Shown: piece after piece, positions 1 through 15,714 of the stretch | How positions within the stretch are numbered: position 1 is the first letter of the stretch | How the letters are laid out: the number at the start of each line of letters is the position of its first letter | Assembly: GCF_902652985.1 (NCBI RefSeq) | Contig: NC_047015.1 | Coordinates: forward strand, 48,546,001 to 48,610,000 | Origin: Pecten maximus | Taxonomy: Eukaryota | Reading direction: 5' to 3' | Length of the DNA stretch: 64,000 nucleotides | Notes under the pieces: generated by a model | Database searches by the model: none | The model's input: only the letters and a program-made list of their open reading frames with translations | What the model was told of the DNA's origin: nothing | Made by a program: the position numbers and the translations under genes

Positions 1-3000
1 CTAAGTATACGTGCTTCATTAAAAATCTCACGAGACCGCTTCAAGATGTTACATCTACAAAATTGCATCACTAAACATTGAAAATCTAAGGTTTGTGAGT
101 TTAACTACGTTTGAGAGCTGGTAAATTAGATTCGTGATGTCTTCTCATGCCATGCGACGCGTTTAAAATCGAAACAAAAGGACACTTTTCTTCAAAATCA
201 TGACAAAAGAAATATTATTATTGAAATGGATACACACAATTACTAATGTCTAGAGTACATACATAATACAGGAGATGCTTGATATTCGATAAGGAAATTG
301 TAGAAATTGTGCCAAATAGGACTCTTTCTGGTCCAAGTCTCCAGCCCGAGGTCGTTACGGTCAAATATTCAAATAATCTTACTATCATCTCACTACAGTA
401 AACAAAATACATTATTTTCCTACAGAAAGTGAACCCATCCCCGAGGGAAACAGGCAATATGGGACTTATGAAATTCTTTGAGTTTTTATAAACCACCTAC
501 GAACCCTTTCATAAACAAAGCGTGTTTGTTTCCAACAAACTTGAGTCTGTAGAATCTTTTGAATTTTTAAGTCAATTTGACGCCTTTGTGTCTCATAACT
601 CTACCTCTGGAGATGTGTCAGGTTCAAACCTTTCATACATCACAATGCCGTCTCAGGGTTTTTATTCACACTAATTTTGAATCTTTTTCAGTGGAAGAGT
701 ATGCTTCTAAAGAATCATAGTTCAACACAGTTATGTATTCTATCTCCGGTGGGAGGGAAGGAGAAAATACCAAAACTTTACAACCTTTCATTCTATGAGG
801 AATATTTAGTCGCGGCATATCTGAAACTGAAAAGATTTTTGCAGAAATATATGTAAATTTTATAGCTTTGGGCCCCATCATCTGAATTCATATTGGCAGG
901 GACCATTTAATAAAAGAGCAGCAATTATGGTCATTAAAGGCTACTGCACATTACAAATAAACTAGTTCATTGGTTGCTGAGAAGAAGTGGAAAATGCCAA
1001 TCTCACGGACGGAAGACAACTGACGAGAGGCAGTTAAAATAGGTCAAAGGTGACATACAAACCGACTACAAATGAATTCCAGCAGGTACATTTTATAGTA
1101 CTTTAATACATGACAGCTAAATATGATAATATGAAGAAAAACAGAATTGTCGCATAACAGTAAAATATAATAAAAAGACCAAAATCTACCCCACATAATT
1201 TTAGTAGACTATCAACCATGCCTAATTCATGTAACAAACAGGAAATGAAGTAGTGTTTTCGGAAAAGGATTAAGAAAATAGATGTCATATCTGCCGTTCA
1301 AACAAAAAACGAAATACATTTTTATTTGAATGTTTAGTTCTCTTCAGGATGAGTAACATTATTGTGAACAATTTTTATTCCAGTCTTAACTTAGACATAT
1401 TACACTGAAAAATTACCAAATCAAGAAATTAATTATCAAATATATCCGAATGATTTTGTTATCAAAAAGATTAAGCATTCAAATAAAAACTATAATGAAT
1501 GCAATCCTGGTAAATACTAGCCACAATATTTGATTATTTTACATTTGGATATATACATTGTATATGCTTTTGAAACATAACCCATGTCTTGAAATGATGT
1601 AATTAAATTGATGTACCACAATGAAATCGAACTATTGTATTGATTATGTCAGATGAGAACTGTTTCTCCTATAAAAATAGATCAAACAAACTCCTGCGAT
1701 GTTGGACGAAATATCTAATTCCGATCGGAAAAAAATCGCATTTTGTGTCTTTACGAGTCGTTTAAAGCTTCCGTAAATTTACTTCAAAAACACACACTAC
1801 TAGTTCATGATCAGATTAGACGAAAAAGATACACGTTCACTAATATCAGCTTTAATCAAAGTAATGTATATAGTATATAGTACATACCTGGCATTTTAGG
1901 CGAGAGTGATGTCGATTATGGTCTAATAGAGTAATTATTTATTTATGTCATTTTAGTATCGGTGTAATGTTTAACTACATCGTGTTTTTGAAAGACTGCT
2001 TCATATGCCTTCTCAGTCCTAAACTAACAAATCCGTAGAGAAAATGAGTTCTTTGTGTAGATTACCCCGACTGCTACTGTTAACAGATGGCAGTCTTTCA
2101 CTATAGCCAATCTCCTATTTTTTCCCTTTCATTCTCGACCTCAATTTAGAACCTACATTAAGTTGTCAGCGCTGTGATTGTACCTGACGCGAATAATCAA
2201 AAGTAATGTTATCAATTATACATAAATAACTCCAACAACTGTTTAACTGCTTTTCTCAGTAATGTATACATTAGATGATGTCTCTCTGTCTTAATTTAAT
2301 GATGCTTAGCAGACAACATATGGTACGAATGTTTATATCACTTATAGTAAGGCAATACCTGTATATTCACAATCACAGAAAAAGAACAAAATAAATGATC
2401 ACAGTTTATTGACAAAACGGGCATACAGTTTCAGAAAATATGTGGATTTGTTCACCAGACTCGGCTGGATGCAACATTAGCTGGACATTGACTGCTTCTG
2501 TTCTTCTTAATGTAATAAACTGTGAAATCAGTATTGACTTACTATATAGAGTCTCCTTAATCCGTTGGTATAGCATAATGCCATCAAAATGTCAGCACTG
2601 ATATTAAGATCGCTAAAACGTGTCTGCTTTTTAACGCCAGACCAGGCCTGTAGGAGGTGTATAACCAGCTCCATTATATTGGTATCGTTGTTATAAGGTT
2701 AGGTATGTCTAGACGTATCAGAACCGATGGATAATTTGCCCCGCAGAGTCATCGCCGATGCAAATCATATAAAGATGTTTTTACACCAAATCCTAATGAG
2801 TTATATTGATGTAATATTATTAAATGCAAGACCTGTCTAGAAATTGTAAGAACGCAAGAAAATAAATATAGATAAACACCATGAAACGTCTGGTTATAGG
2901 CTGATAATCCAATATGCAGCTGTACGAAGACATATAACAGATAAGTGATACATTGTATATCTCAAGCGGGATCTATACACGTTGAATTATTCAATGAGTA

Positions 3001-6000
3001 ATTACACAAAATAAGTACTCCTACTTCAAGGACACTTCACATACATGAAAATGCTTTTCCAAAGAGAAGAAAGTTTAGTTAAGGGTGAAAATAAATTGTT
3101 TTGTGATACTGTTCCAGAGTTCAATAAATGTTGACTTTGCATATCTAATTTAGATGATTAATGTTTCAACTTATCGTGCTGATGCATTCACTTTTTTAAA
3201 ATCGAAATCAATCGATTATTTTTTTCGAAGGCTGAATGGATACGTGTATTATAGTCAATTATAATCCTGTTTAAGTTTCGGATATTGCCTATGTTTCGCT
3301 CTCTTTGAAGGTAATCATTTTGCGAAATGTCACTGAAAAATTGACGTTGTTCATGACGAGCTGAACAGTCTTAATTCAAGGGGAAACTACTCGTGTTATA
3401 ATTAACATCGCAACACTAAAAGTTTGAGCTCGTACTAGCTGGGTGTCTGTTTTGTAAGTCTTGCAAGACGACATATCTATCGTTTTATCGCTTTAAATAT
3501 GTTAAGTGGGTATCGTTCGGTGCTATAAAATGTAAATAAACATACTATTTGCATCATGGGAGAAGTCTGTTTATTAGCTTGGAGTTTTCGTACTTTTTAA
3601 ACCTAAGGATTGAAGAAAGTGCCGACAGATGATGGAACAACATTGGTTTTATCTTGCTGATTTATCATAACCTGTAAGTTGTAGTGCAACCATCTATCCT
3701 GTCAATTTATCGTGATACGAGGCACACCACATGTACCTAAGGTGATACTATCGAAATGGGGAAAGATATATGATAGAAAAGGTGTGTTACAATAGCACCC
3801 AAAACAGATGGCATACAATGGCTTCTATTTTCATGTCCTAAATAAAGTGTAATTATCGGATACAATTAATTGTTGTTCGTAATAGATTACTCTGAAGGTT
3901 GTCGTACTTCCGGTAGGTGTAGTCATGTCCTTTCAAAAACAATCTTGCAATCATTAAGTTTTACGCCATGATAGATGATTTGTTTAAGTGATTATTTGTC
4001 TTCTATGGCAAGCACGTGTTCGTCGTTACGTCCGCGAGGTCAAATTAGTTAATGTCATGTTGTCAAATTGAGAAATATTGTTTTGACAAAGCAATCACCG
4101 CGCATATCAATTCCTATATTCAGATGGAAGCATAATATTATTTATACAGAATTAAATAGAAAACAATATTGTTATCAGAAGTCGGTGTTATTAAGAACGG
4201 GGCCTCACTGAGAAAAAAAATCAATGCATTGTCAAATAAGATAGATGTATTAAGACATGGATATGCAATTGTGCAAAAGACACCCAATATGTAAGCACCT
4301 TTCGGAACAAATTGAAAGTTTGATACCGCAGACTTCCGTCACGGAGCTGTTCCATATTGCTAAGGGCTTAAGGTGTTGCTCATATTATCAAAAATGCTGA
4401 AATCAGATTGAAAGAAGTGTCAAAATCTGGATGGAGAGGGGCAAAAGCCCATTTCATAACATTTAATACTCGATTTCAATAGAACATTAAGCACATATTC
4501 TTGACCTATCACAATTTAAAAGAATTAAAATGTATGTGACAAGCTGGCATCGATAAACCTCCATCATTGTCCATCACCTGCAATATCTCAAAGGATTTTA
4601 CAAACGGCACACAAGATATTATAACACTTCAGGTGTCTATATAAGCTTAAACAAAAATACACCAAAGTTCAACCCAGGTTCAAAATATAGATTTATTTAC
4701 GTCGGGTATATCATAGCTTTAAAGGTACAGATAAAAGTTCTTACAGGCTACTACCGCCGCATCGGATGCATCATCAACAGCAGTTGTTCATTCCTTTATT
4801 GAAATGATAAGACGAAAAGTTCGGGAATAATAAGTTGCCAAGTTTTGGGATCCAGTGTCCGAATATTTGTGAGGAGTAGATAGTCAGTATCATTGACCGG
4901 TCGCTCTGGCCAACACTCTGGAGTAACCTTTTCCAAAAAATATGTATACGTACCATGAACTCGTGTCCATGGAGTAAACTAGAAAAAAATGACCTTAAAT
5001 GGTTATTCTGCATCATTTTGTAACATTTCGGGCTGGGTCAGGTGACCGTTCCCTCCTTGCCTGCGCTCGTGACCAGTGACATTGCGCCAATTGACATCTG
5101 AAATATGGTAATCGTCCTAGTTAGTCAATAGATAGATTACTGTGACAAATATTCATTAAATCATGTTCAATACACATCACTGGACCATACAGTTATTTGG
5201 TCAGTTCGTACTCTATGCTCTCAACTTCCCTACAATATAAAGATACATAATTAAAGATTTAATTATATTATATAAATAAAGATACATACTAGTTTCGTAA
5301 TCGTTACGTAACTAGCCTATTTTGTTACAATATTAGCACATTTACAAACAATTGAGAGCTATATACAGTAGAGGCAAATGAATCAAACTGCTCAACGCAG
5401 CTGTGTAGTCCCTTAGGACTTCTAAAATAAGATATAACATTCCACTTCGTTTGTATTTCCTTGCTTTAAAACCTCACGAGGAATCGTGGTTTCAAATCCA
5501 TATCTACCCTTTGCATTATTGACCAATCATATGATCGTTTCATCTCTAACGTCGCAATGCGTAAAACCAGCGGCAAACGTCTTGATATTCGCTCACTACC
5601 TCGATTCCCACGCAATTCTCAAGGCCTTTTGTCAAATTTTCCCTCTTTCTTTTAAGTTTTTATTCCTCATTTTCCCCGCATTTTTTTTTAGATATTGCAA
5701 CCCACTGGAGTGTTCAAATGTTTTTTTTAAATAAACTAGCAGTGCAGTTTCGAATATCCCCAACGGGCTTCAGATTTCCTTATTACGAATTATACCAAAG
5801 AGAAATGTGAAGTTTTCTTTGGTCATTTATTTTACTGTTGCAATGACGAGAAAATAACGATAATTGTTTTTGATGATGAATTTGTGTTCGCTTCTTTATG
5901 CACAAATACACTTTCTAGAAAGTAACGAAAACCCATAAATTCTCCGGCACCAGGGTCGTCTCCTAAGATCAAACGAGGGAAAATACCTCATACTCGATGT

Positions 6001-9000
6001 GCAGAGATGCTAACAGAACGGGTTATTTAGTATTTTCAAACATACACCAATTAAAATAGTTTATGCCAACAAGTACAAAAAGACAAATATGTGTTTGTAT
6101 GTTCGATTCACAATAATATTAACCGAACGCTATAACATTAACGTAAGATAAGGATTTATTTTCAAGGATGAAAGGAGATGATAAAGTGTCATATTGAAAC
6201 GAAACTATATTTAGGCCTACAACGACATGCACAGGAACCTAGAAAGCAAAATAGCTTTAGGCAAGTTCAATGAACCCCTCCAATGCGTAGGACGTTTAAC
6301 CAGTCGCTGTCATATATGCCTCGTCATCATTTCTGAACAGGAATATAATTTTTCACCACACTACCATTTAATGTCAGGTTGTATTATTGGGTAAACCTTC
6401 AACAACGCAGTCCTACGAATTACATTGTCAGTTTTGGTAAAATTTCATATCGCAATTGTGTGTACGATTTTCGAGTTATGGAGTATGTCGCATGACGAGT
6501 TGTGCAAAAGACACGAGATATAATCACCTTTCAATACAAATTAACAGTTACAGTAGTACCGAAAATGACTTCAGCTGATCCTACAGTTGTGTCGTTCTTC
6601 CACGACTCCTCAGCGAAGGTAAAGACCTAAAACGTTGATAGAGTTTGAAAACAGCAATCTTTGTTTACCGCGGATATGTGATGTTTTTGCTAACAAACTG
6701 GTCACAAGGAATGAAATGAATTTCTGTATGATTTACGACAGCAATGTATTGTATTTTTAAGACACTTTATATATATATGTATATAAAGGGAGAAGAAGAA
6801 CGAAAAAACTTATATGTGATAACAGATTGATTTTCGAAAATATCCAAGATATTACAGGTTGTAAAAACACATCTTTTTGGATGAACACTCGCCCGTATTG
6901 TACATTGACGGGAAATGACTTACCATCGCATGTCGCTGCTATTTTATCTTTCAATACGAGCTAATGCACAAGATTTCGCGGCCATTTCAGAAGACGACAC
7001 ACCTTTGCTAACCACTTAGGAAATATAAGTTTTACGGAATGACAATTCATCATCAGCGGCTGCGGTAGACTTTGAGTTAACACCCTACCATTCTTCTTAG
7101 TATCGCTTTATCGCTTTCACAAACTATAAATCTTCGTGTTACACCACCGCTGCTATAAAATCTGGAGATATAAAAATACCTGGTTCAAGAAGGAAATAAA
7201 ATACATCTCCGTGTTGGCAGCCTTTTCAAAGGAGAAAACCATTATACTCACTGGTGGTATTTGAATAGGTGATTTGTCGTTTCCTTCAAATACTTTGAGG
7301 ACATAAATAAGAGTTGTTACAATAACAAGGATGGGTTGTGACATACGTTCGTTAATTCTACGTGTTAACTCGAAATAGTTTATTCCAGATTGATTAGAAC
7401 ATCAAGCCCACACCATTTTGTCGAAATTCTATGATAAACAGGTAACGCGTCCATAAATTATTGTGTTTTTATAGAAGCATATAGGAGAATTCTTAATGAC
7501 ATTGTCCTTTTGAGAAGTTGTAGAAATATCTGTATTTTCCTTCTTATTTTTTTTCAAACGGATTATGTTATGCTATTTTCCTTTTTTTTTTTATTTTATG
7601 ATCGGATATATATATATGATTTAAAATACATTAAATGTCACCATACGGTGACCATGTCCAATCAAATAATTCATTAAGCTGTTTATGTGACAGGATTGAA
7701 GACGTTTAAAAATAAATGTATTACATTGGATACTTTTTTGACATCTTAAATGACTGCGATTATAGTTATATTAAATCATCATAAACATTTCTCTTTATAC
7801 AGTATACAGTTATGTCAAACTTGCATCAATATTGTGTGAAGAAACAATCAAAACCAGCTGCAATAGGGAAGTCTCGATTTGAATACACTGAAAACTCGAA
7901 AACAAGCCGACATGAAAAATAAACATATCCTAAAAATAAGCTATTGGTTTCTACACGCAAACTTTGGATAAAGGGAGACAAACCCTAGTACGGAATGAAA
8001 AGGACGACGTGGTTAGTTATCCAGACGGTTACTAAAAGTCATTTCTCCACACACCCGATTCTGTCGTACAAACCCCTTTGTGACCTTACAATAATGTGTT
8101 ATTATCTATTGGTAGATCAGAATTATACAGATATTATAAGTATGACATTAACGTGTTAACCAGTCCTTTTTAATCTACCGTTCGTAGTTTAATCCCTAAT
8201 TTGTTTGACTTCAAATAGTGTTGATGGGGCGTCCTATATCCAGTTCTAAATTCAAAACAGTAAATCTAATTAAAACAAATGTCGCCTTTCCTGACATATC
8301 ATGCATTTCCTATATTTTTTATTCAATGGAACTGTTACAATATGTTCTCAACCCAATATATATGTATCAAAATAAGTCATTCTTCAATAGCTAAAGAACC
8401 AGGTAGTAATATGTGTAATGTATATGTAACCTCTCAGAGAAGTAATACATATTATGCTATATTATATATTACAGATCTGGATTATGTATTGGCAATAAAT
8501 GGGCCTTTAATCAACAGAGCTCAAAATTTACAATCACATGAGCATCTTTGAAACCATCGGTCTTCATGGGCGGAGTCTGATCTGAAGTCGGAAAGGAACA
8601 AACAAAATGTTTTTTTTTTTTTTCTTTTTTTGTCTATAATAAAACTGGAACTAAAACTTCATTTACGATTATGGTATTATGCGCATCCATTGACCTGAAT
8701 AACGCAGAGCCGGCATATTCTACTCGATCTGCATGGAATGTAGTTCGTAAACGAGATTGAACTTTTAATGTTCAAATGGTAATACAGCGAAAGCCGCTGA
8801 AGCATCGTCATCAGAACGTTAGACAACACAAGCCTTGTTCGGTTTCGCATGTATGTTTATTAGAAATGTACACATTCACCCACGTATGCACTACATATAT
8901 GGATTAAGGTACATTGCAAAAACACTGCTATCACACATGTGCATATACATCATGTTTGCGACATCAAAACCTGTTTATAACGTAAGATTTTGTTTAATTA

Positions 9001-10495
9001 ACATTTCGAGACACCCCCTAAGTTCAAAGTATGTGTCGGTGTCTGTACTCGATGTCAGGCAAAATTGGAGATGTCTATCATGAAACAAGCAAATAAAATG
9101 GTATTGCCTGAGAATAATCATACCAGACAACCACGTGATATCATGTTAGCGAAAGAAATTAATAGAGGTTATGTAACCCATCCTACGCTTACCACAAATA
9201 TTTGACTGCATGAAAGGCGTGTCGAATCGCTGTCTACACAGTTAGTTCTCCGATGGAAATGTTTCTTTCTTTTATGACAGCTAATCATTCCATTATAGAA
9301 CATAACCAACCGATTTATATAGTTTATAAAATGTCATTTTTTATTTCATATTTACAATGGCAACATATGCTGCTTTTGTGTATATTATACAAAGGTTTAA
9401 AAGTTTAAAAAGATAAATAATTATTAAAAAAAAGTTTGTGACACAATTACACGTACATGTAGCGTGGTCCGTTACATATTGATACCCATTAAAGCATGCT
9501 TAGTTCATTGCTATACTTGATTTTTCATATCACATGGAATCTAACTATCACGTTAAATATTTAAAAAAATAAAACCCATTGAGTACTATAGTTTCTCAGG
9601 TTGGAACTTTTAATGAGTCATTTAGCATCAATAGTTAAAGAAAAATGTGTCTTTTATAGCAAAGAACAAAAATATTAAGATAACAAATTAAGTTTGCTTG
9701 GTTTTTGGTTCTTTAAACGTGTTAAATCATGAATTGTACCATAAACATTCACTTGTTCACTAAATTTGAAATGGCAAACAGCTAAACATTAAGTTTTAAC
9801 TACATTCAAATGTTACACCAAGACACACCATCATATTGTATTTGGACCAAACTAAACTAGTGATCCAATTATCTTTAAAAAAAATAATCAAATCTTTTTT
9901 TGTTCCTCATTAATTTGGATTATTAATGAATAATCAACACTTAGAGGCTGTATTCTCGACAAAAAAATAATAAAATATCTTCACAGCCACTCAATACATC
10001 ATATAATGTTCAGCAAGCCTTAAAGTGTCAAATGACACAATGAAGTTGTTGCTCGTCTGAAAAGACAGTAATCATATATAAAAACAACATTTACATACTA
10101 TTGTACAAATGTTAACTTACATAATAACTGAACCAGCTTTGAGTGAATCGTAACAATCGATGAACACATTGTAACGAATAAATCAACACTGAGTAAAAAT
10201 GACCCTAGAAGGTCAATACTATCACTATGACGTCACCGGGTACAGAGGGTATCATACTACTCTTCATAACGTAAATCTTCTGGCCCGGTATCATAAACGC
10301 CCTTAAACTGAAGGGATTTCATTCTTATTGCTACTGGGGCCAAATCGTATAAGAAATGTCTGCCGTGATCAATACAGGAAAAGCATTGAGTTTTTGTACA
10401 ATAAATGTCTAAATAATCTGTTTTTATTTTGACATCTTTTATAGGTAACAAACAATATGGAAATGTTAATGTGTGATGTAGCATGACGGATAAGG

Positions 10496-10645
10496 CTAAA
10501 TACTGCCTGAGGCACTAAGTGTTATGACTACAGTTAAAAGAACTAGGAAACAAGCACCTACAACAATTAGCAAAACAGTCATTTTCTTATTTCTCCACCA
10601 TTGTTTTCTTCGTATTAGCACAGAGGTCCTCTGGAACATCTCAGT
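10496..10645 (-). CDS. VAMP/synaptobrevin-like gene copy 1, last coding exon (end of SNARE motif, WW juxtamembrane, transmembrane anchor)
   Basis: Minus strand reads TTTCTTTTCTCAG|ACT GAG ATG..., giving TEMFQRTSVLIRRKQWWRNKKMTVLLIVVGACFLVLLTVVITLSASGSI* with the stop at 10496-10498. Phase-0 join to the exon at 18816-19133; paralogous to 26648-26791. Not in the ORF track. Confidence 0.88.
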   Translation of the reverse strand, partial: TEMFQRTSVLIRRKQWWRNKKMTVLLIVVGACFLVLLTVVITLSASGSI

Positions 10646-12232
10646 CTGAGAAAAGAAACAGAAGAAATATAAGATGATAATTTACTGTAATATGCCGATA
10701 TTATCACTATTTAAAACAACGATTGAGCAAATGACATGCAATATAATCGTAAATAGCATATTTAAATATGAATTTAGTGACAGCTACTGTATACAAATTG
10801 TATCATACAATTGTGTGGTCCTTCTAGCACTCGTCAGGTGATTGTAGGAGTATGCAGGACTAATCAGTGAGTCTAAGGACATCATCATTATATTCTTTTC
10901 TCGTCCTCTAGCACTCTTCAGCGATGGTAGTGTGAAATCAGGAAGAGATGACGGGGAAATCAACAATGTTCTTAAGCACGTATTCAAACACCATGCACGA
11001 ATACTCATACTACCGCCATATTTTATTTTGTTAATTCACATGACATTCAACTATTTGAACTGAACGTTTATATGGTATATAATCTAAAAACATTTTCTCA
11101 CTAAAAAGTGTATATACCTCGACGTTAGTCATTCACTATCCTCTTAAGTATAGTTTTGGGCAGCCGTGCATATCTGTAACAAACCCTACATACCTAAATC
11201 ACAAGCCCCCAGGGTAAAGTATATCAAGATACTAGGTACAATATTTAAAATGTCGCTGTGGGTATATCACGCATGCCTAGCTGAGAACATCAATGTCGAT
11301 TTGTTCTCAGCTTGATCAATCAAACATTTAAAGAAAAGATTCGAAATAAATTTATCCATGTCCATGTTTAATTTTAATTTTATGAAAAACCAGTTGAATT
11401 ATATCTTTTTAACATACATTCCACCAAAAAAGGCACCTGATCAGCTGACAAGATATATTGATCTGTCAAACTCTAGTTTGGCGATATATTATAGCCTATT
11501 CGTGTCAATGGCTGAACAATATCTCAGGGGTAACCTATGTATTTCATTTAGTGTACATGTGTGAAAGGCCACTGCATGACTCTTCTATATCTATACGCAC
11601 CAAGTAAGTGGCCTCTAGCACATCAAGGAAACTATAAATCTAAAACTCTATTTATTGACATCAATTAAGATGCTCCAGGTACTGTAATGCCGGATATGAT
11701 ATAATATAAAGAGTTCATAACACATCCCTGTATTCTTCCTTATATACATATAACTATCATCATGGGAACCTTTCATTGGTGATATATACGTTTACAGATT
11801 TTCATTACCTATATCAAAACTAACACCCCTGTATATACAACAAATGTGACGCTATTTGTTTTTATTAAGATAGACAATCATTTACCACGTTTTCGGGTAT
11901 AGAACACCTCAAGAAGGGAGATGAATGCACTATTAAACAAGTTTCCGTTCATAGATACCACCCTTGCTAAGTGTAATATGTAGCTTGACATAATCCTATC
12001 TTAACATTCCTGATAAAGTAATTAGTTTGACAACACATTTCACCTATTTATTTCTCGGTAATGTGAATTTCGAAGCAGACAACATCGTGACATCCTGCCA
12101 TACTACTGGCTTCTCATTCCATCTACTACTGAACCACTAATGTCGTAATAAAAAAATAATAATTCAGCTATATTGAAACATGTATTAATGTGTCTGATAA
12201 CCAATTTGAAGATAAAATGCATTTTAAAACAT

Positions 12233-12451
12233 TAAAAATTATTCCTAGAATATAATTTAATTTATCATAATGAAGACTGCTGGTTAATTTCTTTTATTGG
12301 TAAGTTGTTGTTAGGTAGCAATATAGTTTGATTTGTCCTGTACGGTTACTTCCCTTGGTTTGGTAGTTTATTTCCATATTTGCAATTAGAGTTATCGCCC
12401 TTGGCAGTTCCTGATATTTGGTAGCCATTGCTAGCGTGTGAGATACAAATG
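12233..12451 (+). repeat. Ngaro split direct repeat A1 (219 bp; copy A2 at 18175-18393)
   Basis: taaaaattattcctagaat...gtgtgagatacaaatg occurs at both positions and appears identical by eye. Confidence 0.93.
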
Positions 12452-13222
12452 TCCGATTTATTTCCTTCGGGACAGCTACCAACCATTATTATCAATCAAC
12501 CTTGAACGCTGCTGTATCATTGTCATTGATTGAGGGTTTGTATGGGCCTGTTGCCCTCCGATGGTATAATAGGACTCAGATATTTAAAGATTGTTTTACC
12601 GATAAGTGTACCTGAAAATAGACCACGGTAGCCATGCGGCTACAGTTTGGCTATGTTATTCTTGCCGCAATTCAGCGATTTATTGTGTCTTTCTTACACT
12701 CTACTGTTCAGCATTTCATATCTTGTATTGTTGTTTTCAAAATTTAATCGGTATCGTGTTTCAGAGTATTTTTAAATGGTTATACACGTGGGACCCCCCC
12801 CCCCCCCCCTCCTCTCACCGGCATGGCACGCCATTACGTTCAATATAGGTTTTTAAGTCAGTGAGTGCATCGTTCCTTCTCAGGAAATGCTAGTTACCTC
12901 TGTAAATTAATTACCCCATTGTAACAACCTTTAAAAGGGATTAAAAATAATCAATTTTGTGGTTACAATCTGGATCAAAGGATTGTAGCATGTTATAGGG
13001 AAATATCTCGCATATATTTGCACGTGGTTCGTTATTAAAGTTTATATGTATTATTAATTTTCTTAAATTACATGTATAGTCTCAATTTTCGTGTTTGTTT
13101 CATATTTAAATGTAGGGCGAGTTGCTTAATTTTGATGATTTTTAGTGAAAAAAATTATTTAAGTGAAAAGAAATTGTTTTCTTATGTAAGGTTTTGAGTT
13201 GTAGATTAATTTATCATCAAGT

Positions 13223-14226
13223 ATGAGAGGAAGAGGCCAGAGGCGCTCAGCCAGGCAGTCAAGCAGCCCCTACACTAGGACAGGGAGGCAGTCTGGGGGT
13301 TCAGGTCAAGCGCAGTCACAGGCTGAGTCATCAGGGCCTGAGCGACACAATTCAAGTGCAGGCCCTCTTTCAGCATCCCAGATGGAGGAGGTCGTGGAGG
13401 CAGTATCTGCCAGAGTTACCCCTCGCCTGGTTGAGGCAGTTCATTCAGCAATAGAGCCAGTTACCGCCACTCGGCCAGAAGGTACAGTAGCATGTAATAC
13501 TGTAAATCCATCCCTTGAGCCCTCTCAGTCTACAATATCGAGCTGTGTTAGTCAGTTTGACCCAAAAGATTATCAAGTTACCAGTGTCAATAATGATTTA
13601 GGCAGTAACATTTCACAATCCATAAGGCAAAAAATCATGGGCAAGGAATTTATTGACCTTGGTCATATGTTATCAAAGCCTTCTAGGATAGATGATGAGA
13701 AACGCTTGTCTTTGGTTGGGGGTGAATTTGTTGTAAAAAGTAAAAATAAAACCCCTACAATAGTCGACTTGGATATGTGGACTGATGCGTTCATCGTGTT
13801 CATGTCAATATACACATCAGTCATCCAGGAGATGTATCTGGCATGTTAAAGTACATGCATACAGTAAGGTTAGGGGCAAAAAGGGTTGGAAGTCTTGGAT
13901 GGAGGAGTTATGATGAGCAGTTCCGCTTAAAAAAGGCCCAAAACCATGCTATTCCTTGGAATACAGTGGACCAGGAGCTGTGGCTCCTTTATATGCATTC
14001 TGGGGGCGCAACTTTGTCAGCCATAACAAAACCTCCCAGGATGGTTCAGGGCATAAAGAAATGTTTTGATTTTAATAATGGCAAGTGTAACAGGTCTTTT
14101 TGTTTTTACAAACATATTTGTCTACATTGCTCAGGAAATCATAGGAAGATTAACTGTTATCAGCTGGGGGCACAGACAAATAATTCTAATATGAATTATT
14201 CTTCTAGGTCAGGCAACAATCCTTGA
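13223..14226 (+). pseudogene. Ngaro gag-like ORF1, frameshifted near 13820-13845
   Basis: Two consecutive ORFs with IMGKEFIDLGHML, WTDAFIVFMSIY, WRSYDEQFR and a C-terminal Cys/His finger (CFDFNNGKCNRSFCFYKHICLHCSGNHRKINC), typical of YR-retroelement gag. Confidence 0.85.
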
Positions 14227-14229
14227 GCT

Positions 14230-15485
14230 AGGGTCTGGTTTTCGTTTTGGATTTTCATTACATTATCTAGGTCCACGTGTACATTCTAATTGTCGGAATT
14301 TACTTTCGGTTAAGGGTAATGAAAATGAGGTTCACAAAGATACAGAAAGAGATAGATGCAGGTAGAGGAGCGGGGCCTTTCGGTTATCTCCCTTTGTCCA
14401 CATTGAAACTTTCTCCGATTTGGTTTGGTACCCAAGAAAGATGGGTCATGGAGATTAATTCACCATCTTTCATATCCGAAGGATAACAGTGTTAACACGT
14501 TCATTGATGAGAATCTTTGTAGGGTGCTTTAAATACAAATTTTGACCGCATAATTAATATAGTTCAATGTCTTGGACCCAACACTTTGATGGGAAAAATG
14601 GACATAAAGTCTGCATTTCGTTTATTACCTATCAGTCCTTCTGCCTTCGATTTGTTGGGGTTTAAACTTTGGGAACATTTTTTTGTTGATAAATGTTTAC
14701 CTATGGGTTGTGCAATATATCCTGTTCATTATTTGAGAAATTTTCAACGGCTCTTGGAATGGTTTGTTCGGGAGGTGGTAAATTTGGATAGTTCACATCA
14801 CTGTTCAGATCTAGATCACTATTTAGATGATTTTTTCTTTGCTGGTAAGGACGGTACTTCTGAATGCTTCTATCTCATGAACACTTTTGACAGGATCTGT
14901 ACTGATTTGGGGGTTCCTATTGCCGTAGAAAAAACTGTTTAACCAACCCCTATTTTAACATTTTTAGGTTTGGAAATAGATTCCATAAATATGCAAATTG
15001 AAATTCCCAGTGATAAGCTGGTGTTGCTAGTTGGGTTACTGAATGAGGTTGCTGTTAAGAAAAAAGTCACACTAAAACAACTTCAGGCCTTGACTGGGTC
15101 TCTGAATTTTTGTGTAAGGGCAATTCCAGCTGCGCGTGCATTTATGCGGCATTTCTACAATGCAATGTCAGGAGTTAACAGGCCACATCACTTTATACGA
15201 GTTTCCCAAGCATCGAGGGATGATATCCATACTTGGCTTACCTTTTTAGAGCTTTTTAATGGATATTGTAGTTTTCCTGAGAAAGATTGGGTCAACAACT
15301 CAGAGTTACAGCTATTCACTGACAGTGCAGGGGGTGACAGCACAAGGGGTGGGGGGCCTTCTTTTATGGTAAATGGGCATTTTTTCCCTGGCCTGAAGCT
15401 TGGATAGCTTCACCAATCATTTGGGACATCGCCTTTCTAGAACTTATTCCTATTGTCATGGCAATTTCTATTTGGGGCTCTGAAC

Positions 15486-15521
<36 letters not shown>

Positions 15522-15697
15522 TTTGAATACAGATAATGAAGGCCTAGTAGCAATTTTAAACAAGAAAGCTTCAAAATAGTGTAGAGTCATGGGTTTCATT
15601 CGCCCATTTATACTGAGGTGTATGTTGTACAATATTCAGTTTAGGGCAGTTCATATTGATGGGAAGTTGAATTGTATCGCTGATGCTATCTCCTGAG
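14230..15697 (+). pseudogene. Ngaro reverse transcriptase / RNase H, multiply disrupted
   Basis: RT motifs KMDIKSAFRLLP, LPMG, HYLDDF and FLGLEID. RNase H motifs LFTDSAG, DIAFLELIPI, TDNE and NCIADAIS. Several frameshifts, stops and a ~28-nt A run at about 15490-15517. Confidence 0.9.
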
Positions 15698-15714
15698 AGC
15701 TTCCTTTTCATCAA

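Noticed and set aside
218-7344. Possible decayed minus-strand gene: exon-like segments at about 7180-7344 (hydrophobic start, CAG|GTATTT), 4746-5097 and 260-820 with plausible splice sites
   Set aside because: In-frame stops and frameshifts and no recognisable domain; a call would need a tBLASTx or profile hit.
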